64,000 bases of DNA, from positions 248,001 to 312,000 of the IMG/VR virus record IMGVR_UViG_3300037882_003354. The stretch is one strand, 5' to 3'. The stretch's first letter is position 1, and each line of letters begins with the position of its first letter. Position numbers and translations under genes: made by a program. The notes beneath the pieces were generated by a model, which saw nothing but the letters and a program-made list of their open reading frames with translations, was not told the DNA's origin and did not search any database. Shown piece after piece: positions 1 to 10,075 of this stretch.

Positions 1-1
1 C

Positions 2-250
2 CGACACTATATATTTAAAGCAGTTCCGTATAATACATACTACGCAGGCGATTATGAAATAAATGGGAACGCAAATTATGCTCCCGTGTCCATGGTTACT
101 AGAAGTGATAGGGACGAATCATACATCATTAGTGCTAATAGAAGATCCCAGGATGCAGGTAATGCCAATGTTGGTCTAACTTCCCCAGCGGGCAGTGGAA
201 GTGAAACCCGCCCAAGAAACCTTGCACTATATGCAATTATCAAATATTAA
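2..250 (+). CDS. C-terminal part of a tail fibre / tail-collar protein (runs off the left edge)
   Basis: Open frame 2..250 ending ETRPRNLALYAIIKY*, the typical C-terminus of tail-collar/fibre proteins. Confidence 0.75.
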   Translation, partial: RHYIFKAVPYNTYYAGDYEINGNANYAPVSMVTRSDRDESYIISANRRSQDAGNANVGLTSPAGSGSETRPRNLALYAIIKY

Positions 251-264
251 ACTGGTTAACAAAC

Positions 265-1476
265 ATGCCTTATATTTTAAATAAAACCAACGGTGCCAAA
301 CTGGCCACAGTGGATGATGGAGCCGCCAATGTCTCAACAAGCCTGACTTTCGTGGGTAGGAATTATTCAGGCTATGGTGAGATTGTAAACGAAAACTTTC
401 TTAAATTACTGGAAAGTTCGGCCAACACCACCGCGCCTGCAAAACCCATTCAAGGACAACTGTGGTTTGACACCAACAACACCAGCCAACGATTGAACGT
501 GTGCCATGACGGCAAGTCTTTCAAGACCCTGGCCAATCTGTTCATACAAAACACCACGCCCGTTACCACCATTCGAGGAGACCTCTGGTGGGATTCTCAA
601 AACAATCAACTCAGGGCGTATAACGGCACTATATTTCAATTAATTGGGCCACCCACCAGTCGTTCGTCAAAATCATCTTGGGATTTTACAGAAGAAGCCA
701 GCACAGCCGATGTCAATACATTTAACCCCATCATAGAGGGACGAATTTCAACCAATGTGGTGGTGGTGGTTTCGGATGACGAATTCAACCCCTTGCAAAC
801 CTCAGAATTACGCCGGTCATTCCCTGTGATCAAACGCGGTGTAACCCTGGCTGGCACAACCAGTACTGGGGTAAGTGCAACTTCAGCGTCAGACGGTTAC
901 ATACTCTGGGGCACGGCAGCCAACGCACTCACAGCCAATGCCAGCGCCACGGTTGATGTGTTGCCCGGTACCACTGGTACATATTATGTTCCCTTGCTAA
1001 ACTCTGTGTCTGGCACAGGATTACCAGTGTTCTCCAGCAGCAACCTCAGCTATGACTACAATACCCGTGTGCTGTCTGCCACAGCCCTGGCGGCCCGATA
1101 TGCCGACCTTGCCGAACGTTATGCGGCTGATGACACATACGAAGAGGGAACTGTGGTGGTGATTGGCGGCGACTTTGAAGTCACGGTCACAACCGAATGT
1201 GCCAGTACAGCGGTGGCAGGCATAGTGAGTAAAAACCCTGCGTATATGATGAATTCTGAGGCTGGAAGTGACCAAACACACCCATATATTGCTCTAAAAG
1301 GCCGAGTTCCATGTAAAATCGTGGGCCAAGTGAACATGGGTGACTTATTGGTTACCAGTGTACACCCAGGGTACGCTTGTGCCTGGCAACCGGGCGACAG
1401 TCCCAATGCAGTCATAGGAAAAGCCCTGAGATCGCAATCCGAGGGCTTTGGGGTAATTGAAGTTCTGGTGGTTTAA
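265..1476 (+). CDS. Tail fibre/baseplate-associated structural protein with C-terminal intramolecular chaperone (peptidase G2-like) domain
   Basis: N-terminal MPYILNKTNG...LTFVGRNYSGYGEIVNENFLKLLE structural module; C-terminal YADLAERY...GTVVVIGG...GRVPCKIVG...GDLLVTS...IGKAL. Confidence 0.7.
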   Translation: MPYILNKTNGAKLATVDDGAANVSTSLTFVGRNYSGYGEIVNENFLKLLESSANTTAPAKPIQGQLWFDTNNTSQRLNVCHDGKSFKTLANLFIQNTTPVTTIRGDLWWDSQNNQLRAYNGTIFQLIGPPTSRSSKSSWDFTEEASTADVNTFNPIIEGRISTNVVVVVSDDEFNPLQTSELRRSFPVIKRGVTLAGTTSTGVSATSASDGYILWGTAANALTANASATVDVLPGTTGTYYVPLLNSVSGTGLPVFSSSNLSYDYNTRVLSATALAARYADLAERYAADDTYEEGTVVVIGGDFEVTVTTECASTAVAGIVSKNPAYMMNSEAGSDQTHPYIALKGRVPCKIVGQVNMGDLLVTSVHPGYACAWQPGDSPNAVIGKALRSQSEGFGVIEVLVV

Positions 1477-2360
1477 ACTGCCATGGGTGCCCGAATGGCA
1501 TCGTGACATTCATAGTCCACCAGTTCAACATCATCCATGCCGAAGTCGGTGATCACTTGAATATCGGCATTCAATTTAAGTGAAGGCAACTTTTTAGGTG
1601 TTCTGGACAGTTGCTCCTTCACCTGGTCCATGTGATTGTTGTAAATGTGTGCATCCCCTACTGACACAATCAAGTCCCCTACCCCCAGGTTACACACCTG
1701 TGCAATCATGTGAGTGAATAATGCGTATGACGCAATATTGAACGGAGCGCCTAATAGCATGTCCGCAGAACGCTGATACATGTGGCAACTGAGCCGCCCA
1801 TTGCTGACGTAAAATTGACTCATCATGTGACATGGTGGCAGGGCCATCAGATCAAGTTCTCCCGGATTCCATGCAGTGATGATGTGCCGTCTGCTGTACG
1901 GATCGTGCTTGATGCCCTCGATTAGTTCAATCAGTTGATCGTGATTCTGCAGAGCCACCTTGTTAATACAGATCAAGGGTTTACGCCACCGCCGCCACTG
2001 CACTCCATATATCCGTCCCAGGTCACCGGCGTGACGTTGTTTGCGTTGTTTGACCCAATAGTCGGCATTCGCGTTGTCGGTCCAGATGGTCTTTTTGTCA
2101 ATGTATCGATTGCCGTAGAGTATCTCTCTGAGTCGATTCTCATCTCCGCTGCCTTCAATGAACCAAAGTAGCTCACTGACCACCGAACGCCAGGCCAACT
2201 TCTTGGTGGTCACTGCGGGGAATCCCTGGTTGAGATCGAATCTCATTTGCAGACCAAAAATACCACGGGTTCCCACCCCCGTTCTATCAGGCCTGTCGTC
2301 ACCGTGCTCCAATATGGATTGCAGGGCATTGAGATATTCGTATTCTGGATGTGAGTTCAT
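1473..2360 (-). CDS. thyA: Thymidylate synthase
   Basis: FPAVTTKK, WNPGELDLMALPPCH, YQRSADMLLGAPFNIASY motifs. Confidence 0.97.
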   Translation of the reverse strand: MNSHPEYEYLNALQSILEHGDDRPDRTGVGTRGIFGLQMRFDLNQGFPAVTTKKLAWRSVVSELLWFIEGSGDENRLREILYGNRYIDKKTIWTDNANADYWVKQRKQRHAGDLGRIYGVQWRRWRKPLICINKVALQNHDQLIELIEGIKHDPYSRRHIITAWNPGELDLMALPPCHMMSQFYVSNGRLSCHMYQRSADMLLGAPFNIASYALFTHMIAQVCNLGVGDLIVSVGDAHIYNNHMDQVKEQLSRTPKKLPSLKLNADIQVITDFGMDDVELVDYECHDAIRAPMAV

Positions 2361-2836
2361 TTGTTGTATTCTTTGATTGAATGGGTTACGGGATCAGTAT
2401 ATGCAGCATGCTCGACAACATTTGTAAAGTTTTGTTTGACATACTTAAAATTAAAATATTTGTCACATGGATAATCTTGATCAATCTCCGTGACATAAAA
2501 TCTGTCCACCAAGTGCATGCAACTATCATACAATGCTTGGCCACCTATAATGAAGACGTCTTTATCTGGGTATAGCCAGTGGCATGCGTCTAATGCATCC
2601 TCTGGAGTCAAGTATCGATGATCTGATCCCTGGCAGTCATGACGGCTGATCACCATGTTAATTCTATTGGGCAATTTTTTACCCAGGCCGTTCCATGTGG
2701 TTGATCCCATGATCACCACATGATGGGTGGTCAATGTTTTAAACCACCGCATGTCATGCACAAGATGAGGCCAGGGCATGGATCCATGAAACCCAATGCC
2801 CTGGCCACGTTCAACTGCTACCATGCAGTTGATCAT
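2357..2836 (-). CDS. folA: Dihydrofolate reductase
   Basis: IGFHGSMPW, VIMGSTTW, LPNRINMVIS, FIIGGQALY; overlaps thyA start. Confidence 0.92.
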   Translation of the reverse strand: MINCMVAVERGQGIGFHGSMPWPHLVHDMRWFKTLTTHHVVIMGSTTWNGLGKKLPNRINMVISRHDCQGSDHRYLTPEDALDACHWLYPDKDVFIIGGQALYDSCMHLVDRFYVTEIDQDYPCDKYFNFKYVKQNFTNVVEHAAYTDPVTHSIKEYNK

Positions 2837-3420
2837 CAGGCTTGGACGGCAGCCCGCTTGGTTTTAGTCTTGGGCGGGTCCAGCGCATCTGCCTGCTTGC
2901 GAAGATCTTGCGCTTCCTGGAATAACCGATCTGCCTTGGCACGCATGTCCACCGCAGTGGTGGGCTGATCCTCCACCACAGGTTCAATGACGATTGCTTC
3001 AGTAATTGGCTGTTTGGCAGACTTGGTGGCAGGCTTACCATTTTCAGTAATGGCCAGATCCTCCAGGTTGACACCACGTTGTTCAGCAATGATCTTGTTC
3101 AGTTCATCTAATTGAACAGTGGCCTGCGTATTGGGAGTCATCAACACTAAATTAGTGGGAACCTTTTTCAAGTGTCCACGAGTGTGCAAATATTCCAACA
3201 TGTTGCTGCCGTCTGGGAATCGCCGAACGGATAGAATGTCTGCCAACTCGTTGGCGGATTGTGCACTCTCATCTTGAATCAGTGACATGAGTGAATCATG
3301 ATATGAATCAACAAGCCCTTGAGTTCCCACAACAAGTGCGCTCAGGTGGTCTCCGGGAAGTGTACGGTAGACCACCACAACCTTGGCGCTGTTGTTTTTC
3401 ATTTTTCCCACATGTTTCAT
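2836..3420 (-). CDS. Conserved hypothetical phage protein
   Basis: 194-aa ORF abutting neighbours in the operon; no family recognised. Confidence 0.75.
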   Translation of the reverse strand: MKHVGKMKNNSAKVVVVYRTLPGDHLSALVVGTQGLVDSYHDSLMSLIQDESAQSANELADILSVRRFPDGSNMLEYLHTRGHLKKVPTNLVLMTPNTQATVQLDELNKIIAEQRGVNLEDLAITENGKPATKSAKQPITEAIVIEPVVEDQPTTAVDMRAKADRLFQEAQDLRKQADALDPPKTKTKRAAVQA

Positions 3421-3432
3421 GTGAATCTCCTA

Positions 3433-3654
3433 TTAAGCTTCAGGTGCTTGATCTGCAGGCGGTGCCACTGCGTTTAAAAATGCATTGATACGATCAAATG
3501 TTGCGCCCACGGCGCTGACTTCGGCCGCACCAAATGCACCACGGCGAACGGCCATGTCCACAATAGTACGCAAATTTTTAAGATCGTTGATGCTGAGTTC
3601 TGGGGCAGCAGCGCCTTCGGCGGATTCGACTTGAGGTTGTTCTTGATTTTCCAT
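3433..3654 (-). CDS. Hypothetical protein
   Basis: 73-aa ORF with AGGAG upstream; packed in the operon. Confidence 0.7.
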   Translation of the reverse strand: MENQEQPQVESAEGAAAPELSINDLKNLRTIVDMAVRRGAFGAAEVSAVGATFDRINAFLNAVAPPADQAPEA

Positions 3655-3655
3655 T

Positions 3656-3961
3656 TTAAAATAACTCCTTGGTGTTGTTGTTTATGTAAGGGCATCCCAG
3701 CAGCAACAGGGTGATCTCCCTGCCGTCTTCCAGGCCGATTTCAATAACTTCTTTAATTTTATTATCTTGATCGATCATAACAGATTGTTTGATGCCATAT
3801 CTACTATTTAAGTTGTAGTTAATCCACTGTGTTAGAAATTTGATATCTACCAGCGGTCCAATTCGGACTGTGGTAAAGTGCGCTGGAATAAATTTTAACC
3901 TTCTCAATTTCAGCACACCCAGTGGGTTAACTTCACCTTTATTTAGCGACATTATATACAC
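3656..3961 (-). CDS. Hypothetical protein
   Basis: 101-aa ORF directly downstream of a TATAAATA box. Confidence 0.65.
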   Translation of the reverse strand: MYIMSLNKGEVNPLGVLKLRRLKFIPAHFTTVRIGPLVDIKFLTQWINYNLNSRYGIKQSVMIDQDNKIKEVIEIGLEDGREITLLLLGCPYINNNTKELF

Positions 3962-3963
3962 AC

Positions 3964-5220
3964 TTATTTATAATAGGCCGTCTGTCCGAACGGCGAAACA
4001 ATGTTTTCATTACCGTGGATGACAAACAATGCTTCGCAGTAGTTTTCATCTCCCCAGCTACCGGACGGATATCCGTCAGTGAACATGATGAACCGCTTGG
4101 GCTCGATTCCCTGCTCCTTCATGAAGGTATAGTTGACATCAAAGTCAGTACCACCACCACCCATGCAGGTATAGTCGTCAATTTCGTCAGCATTGTCGCT
4201 GGTAAATTGCTTGTATCCATAAACTTGCGTGTCGAACGTCCACAAGTCCAACTTGAAGTCTGTGTATTCTTCCATGATGCCCTTGACCTCTGTCAGAAAG
4301 TCCTTGGCCATGGCATCCGAAATGCTTCCACTCATGTCGATTGACACCGACACGTCGATGGTTTCTTCGTTCATCAGGCCGGGCAGGATGGCACCACAAT
4401 GTTGACTCTTACGATTGGGGCGGCTGAAACTGAAGTTGCTCTTGACGATACTCTGGATGTTCATGCGCAGCATCTGGCGCCAATCCATCTTGGGCTCAGT
4501 AAAGTTTTGGATCATTCGAGCCACGCCTACTGGCACACGGCCAGCGCCCGCAGCCTGAGATGCAGCCACCATGGCCTCTTTGATCTCATCGCGGATCTTC
4601 TTCTTTTCTTCAGCAGTGAGCCGTGGGCGGCCCTTGCCTTTTCCGTTTTCGTCCTCACCGTCGTCACCTTCACTATCGCCTTCACCGTCCAGGTGCTCGT
4701 CCAACAATTCTCCCAGTGTGGACAGGTCAATCTTGTCAGCCTTGTCGTAGACGTCGTCGTAAATTTCTTCGTAGCTCTTGCCGCGATATTGGTTGTCCTG
4801 ATAGATCTTGATCCAATTGGGCACCAGTCCAATGCGTTCGTCCACCAGGATTTGGTTGGTTGCATAGTCAGCAGCAATATTACTCAGCACTGGATCACGT
4901 TCACCGCGGCGACCCATGTGATCGAATACATTGTGCAGGACTTCGTGTGCGAAGCCAAATTCAGCCTCCTTGGGCTTGAGTTTGTTGACAAAGTCGTTAT
5001 TGTAATAAAAATTACGGCCGTCCGTGGCCAGGGTGGCACACCAGTCGGATGCATCAACCAATTGCAGACGTGTGGCCAGGTTGCCGAAAAAGGGATGGCG
5101 CAACAGCAAACCCACTCGCGCAGTGATCAACTTTTCCACAATCTTGTTCTTTTCAGCCTGGCTGTATTCCTTGCTGATCGTCGCCTTTTTAACTTTTTCA
5201 GTCTTCATTACTGCTGACAT
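3964..5220 (-). CDS. Putative metallopeptidase plus vWA domain protein (DUF2201-like)
   Basis: HEVLH zinc motif, acidic linker, vWA MIDAS-like DMSGS and GGGGTDF. Confidence 0.85.
   Translation of the reverse strand: MSAVMKTEKVKKATISKEYSQAEKNKIVEKLITARVGLLLRHPFFGNLATRLQLVDASDWCATLATDGRNFYYNNDFVNKLKPKEAEFGFAHEVLHNVFDHMGRRGERDPVLSNIAADYATNQILVDERIGLVPNWIKIYQDNQYRGKSYEEIYDDVYDKADKIDLSTLGELLDEHLDGEGDSEGDDGEDENGKGKGRPRLTAEEKKKIRDEIKEAMVAASQAAGAGRVPVGVARMIQNFTEPKMDWRQMLRMNIQSIVKSNFSFSRPNRKSQHCGAILPGLMNEETIDVSVSIDMSGSISDAMAKDFLTEVKGIMEEYTDFKLDLWTFDTQVYGYKQFTSDNADEIDDYTCMGGGGTDFDVNYTFMKEQGIEPKRFIMFTDGYPSGSWGDENYCEALFVIHGNENIVSPFGQTAYYK
3965..3972 (-). promoter_or_regulatory. T4-type late promoter TATAAATA
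   Basis: Exact reverse-complement match just upstream of the 3961 start. Confidence 0.6.
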
Positions 5221-5248
5221 GGTGTCTCCTTGTTAGTTGCTATGCACT

Positions 5249-5277
5249 ATTATACACTGATTTATCGGAGTAGTCAA
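5249..5277 (-). promoter_or_regulatory. sigma70-type promoter
   Basis: TTGACT-17 nt-TATAAT on the minus strand. Confidence 0.8.
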
Positions 5278-5305
5278 TGGAAACGGGCATCACTGCCCGT
5301 TAGGT

Positions 5306-6385
5306 TTATTCCATGGCCTGGATAATGTATTTTCCATACTTGTCATGGAAGCGATCGAAGTGCTTGAGCTTGGAAGCATCGAACGGCAACTGATAGTTGG
5401 TCAGTGCCACCTTGGCACCCATGACCACAAGTTCAGTGGGGAAGTTGTCCATCAGGAACTTGAAGAAATTGTCTGCCATGATGTCCCAACCCTTGACCTT
5501 CTTCTGATCTGCACTCTGCAGTTCGTAGCACAGGCTAATGGTCAATGAGTACATGGCGGAAATTTCCTTGATGACAATCTTGTCCACCTTGCCAGACAGA
5601 ATGTCTTCTGGATTGGGCATCTGCTTGGCCACCTTGCGGTGCGCCATGAACTTGACAGCCAGGCCTTCGCCAACTGCACCTGCCACCAGATCAGTCAGTG
5701 TGTTATCGTCAAGATCGTCGTCGTGCAGCAGGTCGCTGACGAAACTCCAGCTACGCGGAGTAGCGAATGCACGGCTGGAGCTCTTGGGATCGAAGTCGTA
5801 CAGATCTTGCTTGGCAAAACCCACATAGCCCACCACTTGATCGTGGATGGTGTTCTTGACGGCCCACTCTTGCCAGTCTTCAAAGTCGGTCTTGAGCTCC
5901 AAGTGGACGAAACGATTGGCCAGGGGAGCCGGCATGCGGTAGGTCACGCCCTTGTCGGCCTCTCGGTTGCCTGCTGCCACAATGCTCACGCCCTTGGGCA
6001 AACGGTAAGTGCCCACGCCACGGTTGAGAATCAACTGGAATGCTGCCGCCTGCGTGGCAGGAGCGGCGCTGTTCAACTCATCCAGGAACAGGATGGCGGT
6101 GGAATCCTCATCAGTAGGAAGTTCTGCCGGCGGCGCCCAGGTCATGGTGCCCGAATCGCTGTTGTAATAGGGGATGCCCTTGATGTCAGTGGGTTCCCAC
6201 AGGCTCAGACGAACGTCAATGACATCACGGCCTTGCTCGTCACCCAACTGCTTGACGATGTCGCTCTTGCCGATGCCAGGAGGCCCCCACATGAACACAG
6301 GACGCTGAATCTTCAGGCACTTGCGGATGCTCCGCTTGGCTTCGTTGGGAGTTACGGTGCGATTTGAGGAAATTTTCTCTGCCAT
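5306..6385 (-). CDS. MoxR-like AAA+ ATPase, partner of the vWA protein
   Basis: Walker A GPPGIGKS, Walker B ILFLDELN, AAGNRE, PLANRF. Confidence 0.88.
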   Translation of the reverse strand: MAEKISSNRTVTPNEAKRSIRKCLKIQRPVFMWGPPGIGKSDIVKQLGDEQGRDVIDVRLSLWEPTDIKGIPYYNSDSGTMTWAPPAELPTDEDSTAILFLDELNSAAPATQAAAFQLILNRGVGTYRLPKGVSIVAAGNREADKGVTYRMPAPLANRFVHLELKTDFEDWQEWAVKNTIHDQVVGYVGFAKQDLYDFDPKSSSRAFATPRSWSFVSDLLHDDDLDDNTLTDLVAGAVGEGLAVKFMAHRKVAKQMPNPEDILSGKVDKIVIKEISAMYSLTISLCYELQSADQKKVKGWDIMADNFFKFLMDNFPTELVVMGAKVALTNYQLPFDASKLKHFDRFHDKYGKYIIQAME

Positions 6386-6446
6386 GATAACTTTCTAAGT
6401 AGTGTGTTAGGGATATATTGAACACCATCTGCATCAATATGTATAT

Positions 6447-6475
6447 ATTGTACAGGAAAATCATCAGAATGTCAA
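6447..6475 (-). promoter_or_regulatory. sigma70-type promoter
   Basis: TTGACA-17 nt-TACAAT on the minus strand. Confidence 0.8.
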
Positions 6476-6849
6476 GCAGCCAGCCGTTCTGCCTTGGCTG
6501 AAATAAACTTTTTAAGATTGCCGGAGAACAGAATCAGTTGAACAGCCATCTTCTCTCCGAACACATATACTGACGTATTAGTGATGTAGAACGGGCAGTC
6601 CATGAGTCGATCCAGTTGGATGACAAAATGATTGTTCAAATCCAATGCACCCTCCAGATCGATTCGGTAAGATTTAACACCGGCCAGGGCCAGTGCATCA
6701 AAACCATCATCTGTCAGTCTCAGTCCACCACGTGGTTTTTTACGGCAACTGAACCACCATGCTCCTTGTGCCTGTCGAATGTCTTTCTCAGACGCGGTGG
6801 GATTTAATATTTCAAGAACCTTGCAGGTGAGTTCATCCTTGAGATTCAT
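6472..6849 (-). CDS. Hypothetical protein
   Basis: 125-aa ORF in the operon. Confidence 0.7.
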   Translation of the reverse strand: MNLKDELTCKVLEILNPTASEKDIRQAQGAWWFSCRKKPRGGLRLTDDGFDALALAGVKSYRIDLEGALDLNNHFVIQLDRLMDCPFYITNTSVYVFGEKMAVQLILFSGNLKKFISAKAERLAA

Positions 6850-7186
6850 TGCCCAGTTTTTCTCCGGTAGTTAATTTATAAACGGAAAAATCAGAGGAAT
6901 CATACATCTTGTTGAGTTTTTCGGCAAGATTTATTGCATGACCTTCATTGGAAAAACTGACTTTTTTATATTTTGGAGTTGCTTGATTGCCGATCAGACT
7001 GCCGGTTTTCAAATTAATGGGTCGGTTTTTATAAAATACTGCCCAGATGGCATCAGCTGCTAATACCTGTTCAGTTTTGTAATTTTTTTTATTGGTAATT
7101 TCCAATAAAATTTTCGGTTTGGGTCTTGGCATATACGGCTCTCCGGCAGCTCGTATATTTAGCGGAATCTCAGAAATCGCCGCCAT
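6833..7186 (-). CDS. Hypothetical protein
   Basis: 117-aa ORF overlapping both neighbours. Confidence 0.7.
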   Translation of the reverse strand: MAAISEIPLNIRAAGEPYMPRPKPKILLEITNKKNYKTEQVLAADAIWAVFYKNRPINLKTGSLIGNQATPKYKKVSFSNEGHAINLAEKLNKMYDSSDFSVYKLTTGEKLGNESQG

Positions 7187-7394
7187 CCATCTTAATTTCC
7201 ACGGTATTTGACGATTGTGCAGCAGATAGCAGTTGTTCCAGCTCTCCGTTGAGACGGGTCATTACTACCGACAGACTGTTCTGTAGATCGGTGACTTCTT
7301 TTATGGAAAAAGCCACAGTTTTTTGATTGGTTTTGATGGCGACCCTGGCTTTGTCCAGGAAATCTTCGATGGGCACGGTGTTCAGTTGTTTCAT
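7170..7394 (-). CDS. Hypothetical protein
   Basis: 74-aa ORF, ATGA overlap with upstream gene. Confidence 0.65.
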   Translation of the reverse strand: MKQLNTVPIEDFLDKARVAIKTNQKTVAFSIKEVTDLQNSLSVVMTRLNGELEQLLSAAQSSNTVEIKMDGGDF

Positions 7395-7870
7395 GGTTTG
7401 TTGAGTAAGTTTAATTCTGACTTCATTTCGCCTTCATTTTTGAAGGGTCCATGGAATGGGTAGCGTTCCAGTGTGATTAATTTTGGACAGAAACTTTTCA
7501 GCCAGCCCTTTCTAAATTTGATCACATAGTATCCGGCACAATATTGACTCTTGCTTTTGGCGCTTTTGGTATATAGCGGCAGTTTCTTTTTTATACTGTA
7601 CACAGGATTATAGGGCTTGGAACCACATGGAAAGTCATATATCATGAGGAGAGTACCATCGTCGGGACAGGTGCTATCCATGTTGGCCTCAAAACTAGCA
7701 ATATCAAATTTAGTCTTGATTTCAGACAGTGTTGCAGCCCCTGTTACCTTTTGACCACGGCTCCAGAACACATAGCCTTTTTTAACCTTGGATATGGATC
7801 CAATCTTTTCTTGATTGGATTTAACCAACCATTCCTTGTTGGGAATCAATACTTTGGCATTTGAACTCAC
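7391..7870 (-). CDS. Hypothetical protein
   Basis: Start re-picked to GTG at 7870 (GTGA overlap with upstream stop). Confidence 0.7.
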   Translation of the reverse strand: MSSNAKVLIPNKEWLVKSNQEKIGSISKVKKGYVFWSRGQKVTGAATLSEIKTKFDIASFEANMDSTCPDDGTLLMIYDFPCGSKPYNPVYSIKKKLPLYTKSAKSKSQYCAGYYVIKFRKGWLKSFCPKLITLERYPFHGPFKNEGEMKSELNLLNKP

Positions 7871-8859
7871 TGTGTGTACCTTGCATTTAATGGTTCCGCA
7901 TAACTCTGCACTTGTTCGCTGATCTTGACCAAGTCGTATTCGGAACAAAGTTTCAACAATCGTACGCCCACCTGAGAGATGTTTTTACCCTTGCTGATTT
8001 CTTGTTCAATCGCTTGTTGGATGAGTAGTTTGATTTCTGCTGGCTGCGCCGACAGGTCGCATAGCAATCTATTTCGATTGTAGTCATCCAACACACGATG
8101 TTCAACACCTTCATGATCAGTCCATCGTTGCAGCATCATGTTATTCCAGTTGTAACCACGATGATCACGATCGGCAAATGCCTCGCGCAGGCCAATCTTG
8201 TTCTTGGTTCCCCGTTCGCGGACACCAGGATATGCACTAAAGATGTTGTCAGATGTGTCGCCACGCATGCACTTTTCAAACAACAGCCATTCCGGATCAG
8301 GTGCGGGTTTCACTTCCTTGGTCTTCTTGTCCACCACCCGCTTGCCCTTGTCGTCGAAGTAGCCTTCGTGAGTGGTTGTCACAGCGGTCACACCATTGTA
8401 CTGTTTTACATTGGTTGCAATCAGTTGTGCGAAGTCACCATCAGTACTGATGATCACATGTTGGTCGTCAGTGTGACTTTGAATCCAGCCGGCGATCAGG
8501 TCGTCGGCTTCCAGCTGTTGATGCTGTAGTGCAGTGGCATTGGTCTTTTCTGCGATAAAGTCTTTAAACTCGTCAAATGTTTCCCAGAACACTCGATCTT
8601 CTTCGGCTTCCCTGGGACTCTGCGCCGCACGAGCATCTGACCGCTGTCGCTTGTAGGGTGCGTAATAATCCTTGCGCCAGCTGCGGCCCTCGAGAAAAAA
8701 GATCACATGGTCACCATGGAAATCGCGCCAGGCTTTTCTCACACTGCTTAAAACGGTGTGCAGACTCATGCCAATTTTATCTTCAGTGTCGCCGCGAACG
8801 ACGTGCCTGGCGCGAAAAAACAGGTTGGCTAGATCGACCAATATGTAAGTTTTATTCAT
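7867..8859 (-). CDS. rnh: RNase H / 5'-3' flap exonuclease (T4 Rnh-like, PIN/FEN fold)
   Basis: LVDLANLFFR, LEADDLIA, ISTDGDFAQL, GDTSDNIFSAYPG. Confidence 0.88.
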   Translation of the reverse strand: MNKTYILVDLANLFFRARHVVRGDTEDKIGMSLHTVLSSVRKAWRDFHGDHVIFFLEGRSWRKDYYAPYKRQRSDARAAQSPREAEEDRVFWETFDEFKDFIAEKTNATALQHQQLEADDLIAGWIQSHTDDQHVIISTDGDFAQLIATNVKQYNGVTAVTTTHEGYFDDKGKRVVDKKTKEVKPAPDPEWLLFEKCMRGDTSDNIFSAYPGVRERGTKNKIGLREAFADRDHRGYNWNNMMLQRWTDHEGVEHRVLDDYNRNRLLCDLSAQPAEIKLLIQQAIEQEISKGKNISQVGVRLLKLCSEYDLVKISEQVQSYAEPLNARYTQ

Positions 8860-8862
8860 GAG

Positions 8863-9477
8863 TTACTTGACTTTTTTATAACTTACCTTGCGTCCTTCTA
8901 CTCCATACTCAATCACCTCAAAATTATTTTTAATTAAATCTTCGTGTATCAATGCATGTGGGTAATCAGCAATATCGTCAAATATAAAAATTGTACCTGT
9001 GGCAGACCTTGGGTAAAAAAATCTCAATTCCCTGAATAAGCTGACTATGTCATGTGGCCCATCAAAGAACACTAGACTGTACTGGTTTATAATTTGTTTG
9101 TAGTCTTGATAAACTGGCACCCCATCGGCGAATCTAGAAAAGAATTCGGTATCCTCTAGGCAAAAGAATACAACATTCACTGGCTTTCCTTGCGCGAAGT
9201 TGTATATACCTGGCAAGGCTTCGTCGCGCATGTGGTTGCTATAACCACATTTCCGCAATTCGCCCTCTCTAGGTGCATAATCAATATCGCCATACGGGTC
9301 AATGCATACGACGTTTCTATTAATATCACCGGCGCTCAGTAGCCCATTAATGATATGGGATAGACTGCCACCTTTCCTAGTGCCGATTTCACATACAATT
9401 CCTTGCACGTCTTTGATTGCTGCGGCGGCATTATACAATACATGATAATCTCCGCTGTCTGTTGGTAGTGTTTCCAT
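8863..9477 (-). CDS. Class I SAM-dependent methyltransferase (Methyltransf_24/TylF-like)
   Basis: VCEIGTRKGGS, CIDPYG, LVFFDGPHD, FIFDD. Confidence 0.75.
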   Translation of the reverse strand: METLPTDSGDYHVLYNAAAAIKDVQGIVCEIGTRKGGSLSHIINGLLSAGDINRNVVCIDPYGDIDYAPREGELRKCGYSNHMRDEALPGIYNFAQGKPVNVVFFCLEDTEFFSRFADGVPVYQDYKQIINQYSLVFFDGPHDIVSLFRELRFFYPRSATGTIFIFDDIADYPHALIHEDLIKNNFEVIEYGVEGRKVSYKKVK

Positions 9478-9485
9478 ATATTTCC

Positions 9486-9842
9486 TTAGTAAACTTCCGA
9501 TTTTCCGTCGCCCAGATCATTTATATTAACATAGCCTGCGCCTCGGCGGTCCATGTTAATTCCGGCTTCGGCCCCGATATTCCGGCATAGATCGCCGAAC
9601 CACTTGTCCACAGTTTCTTCGTCGGAACTGCCAGAATATCCGCTGTTACGTAATTGTAGCACAAAATACTCATTCCAGTCAAGTTCAAAAAATCCGTTGC
9701 GAATATTGTCCTTGTTTACATGAGTGTCCAATACAGCCACCCAGGGTTCTTTTTTCTCTGTGGCGATCTCTTTTGCAGTCTTTTCCACCACTACTGGTGC
9801 TGGTTGACTGCCCAGCATTTTTTTAAAAAACTCTTTAATCAT
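9486..9842 (-). CDS. Hypothetical protein
   Basis: 118-aa ORF in the operon. Confidence 0.7.
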   Translation of the reverse strand: MIKEFFKKMLGSQPAPVVVEKTAKEIATEKKEPWVAVLDTHVNKDNIRNGFFELDWNEYFVLQLRNSGYSGSSDEETVDKWFGDLCRNIGAEAGINMDRRGAGYVNINDLGDGKSEVY

Positions 9843-10075
9843 GATCGTTCCTTTAATAATTGTAATAGATGTTCATGACTGTCCCTCCAACGCACTTCAG
9901 ACTTTCGACCAGCATCCGAGTTGGGAGATATAGCAAGCCCACGATATCCGTATTTCCAAAAAATAATTTTGTTGGTTATCTCACAACGGTGGGGTAGCCA
10001 GGCAAAGGACAATTGCCACGTGGCTCTGGAATAAAATGGGTCGTATGTTTGATAGTTTTCTGTGTAAAACATCAT
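9839..10075 (-). CDS. Hypothetical protein
   Basis: Start re-picked to ATG at 10075 (ATGA overlap with the queE stop). Confidence 0.55.
   Translation of the reverse strand: MMFYTENYQTYDPFYSRATWQLSFAWLPHRCEITNKIIFWKYGYRGLAISPNSDAGRKSEVRWRDSHEHLLQLLKERS

Noticed and set aside
4399-6367. 272-aa and 242-aa + strand ORFs
   Set aside because: Antisense to the vWA and AAA genes; explained by their biased codon usage
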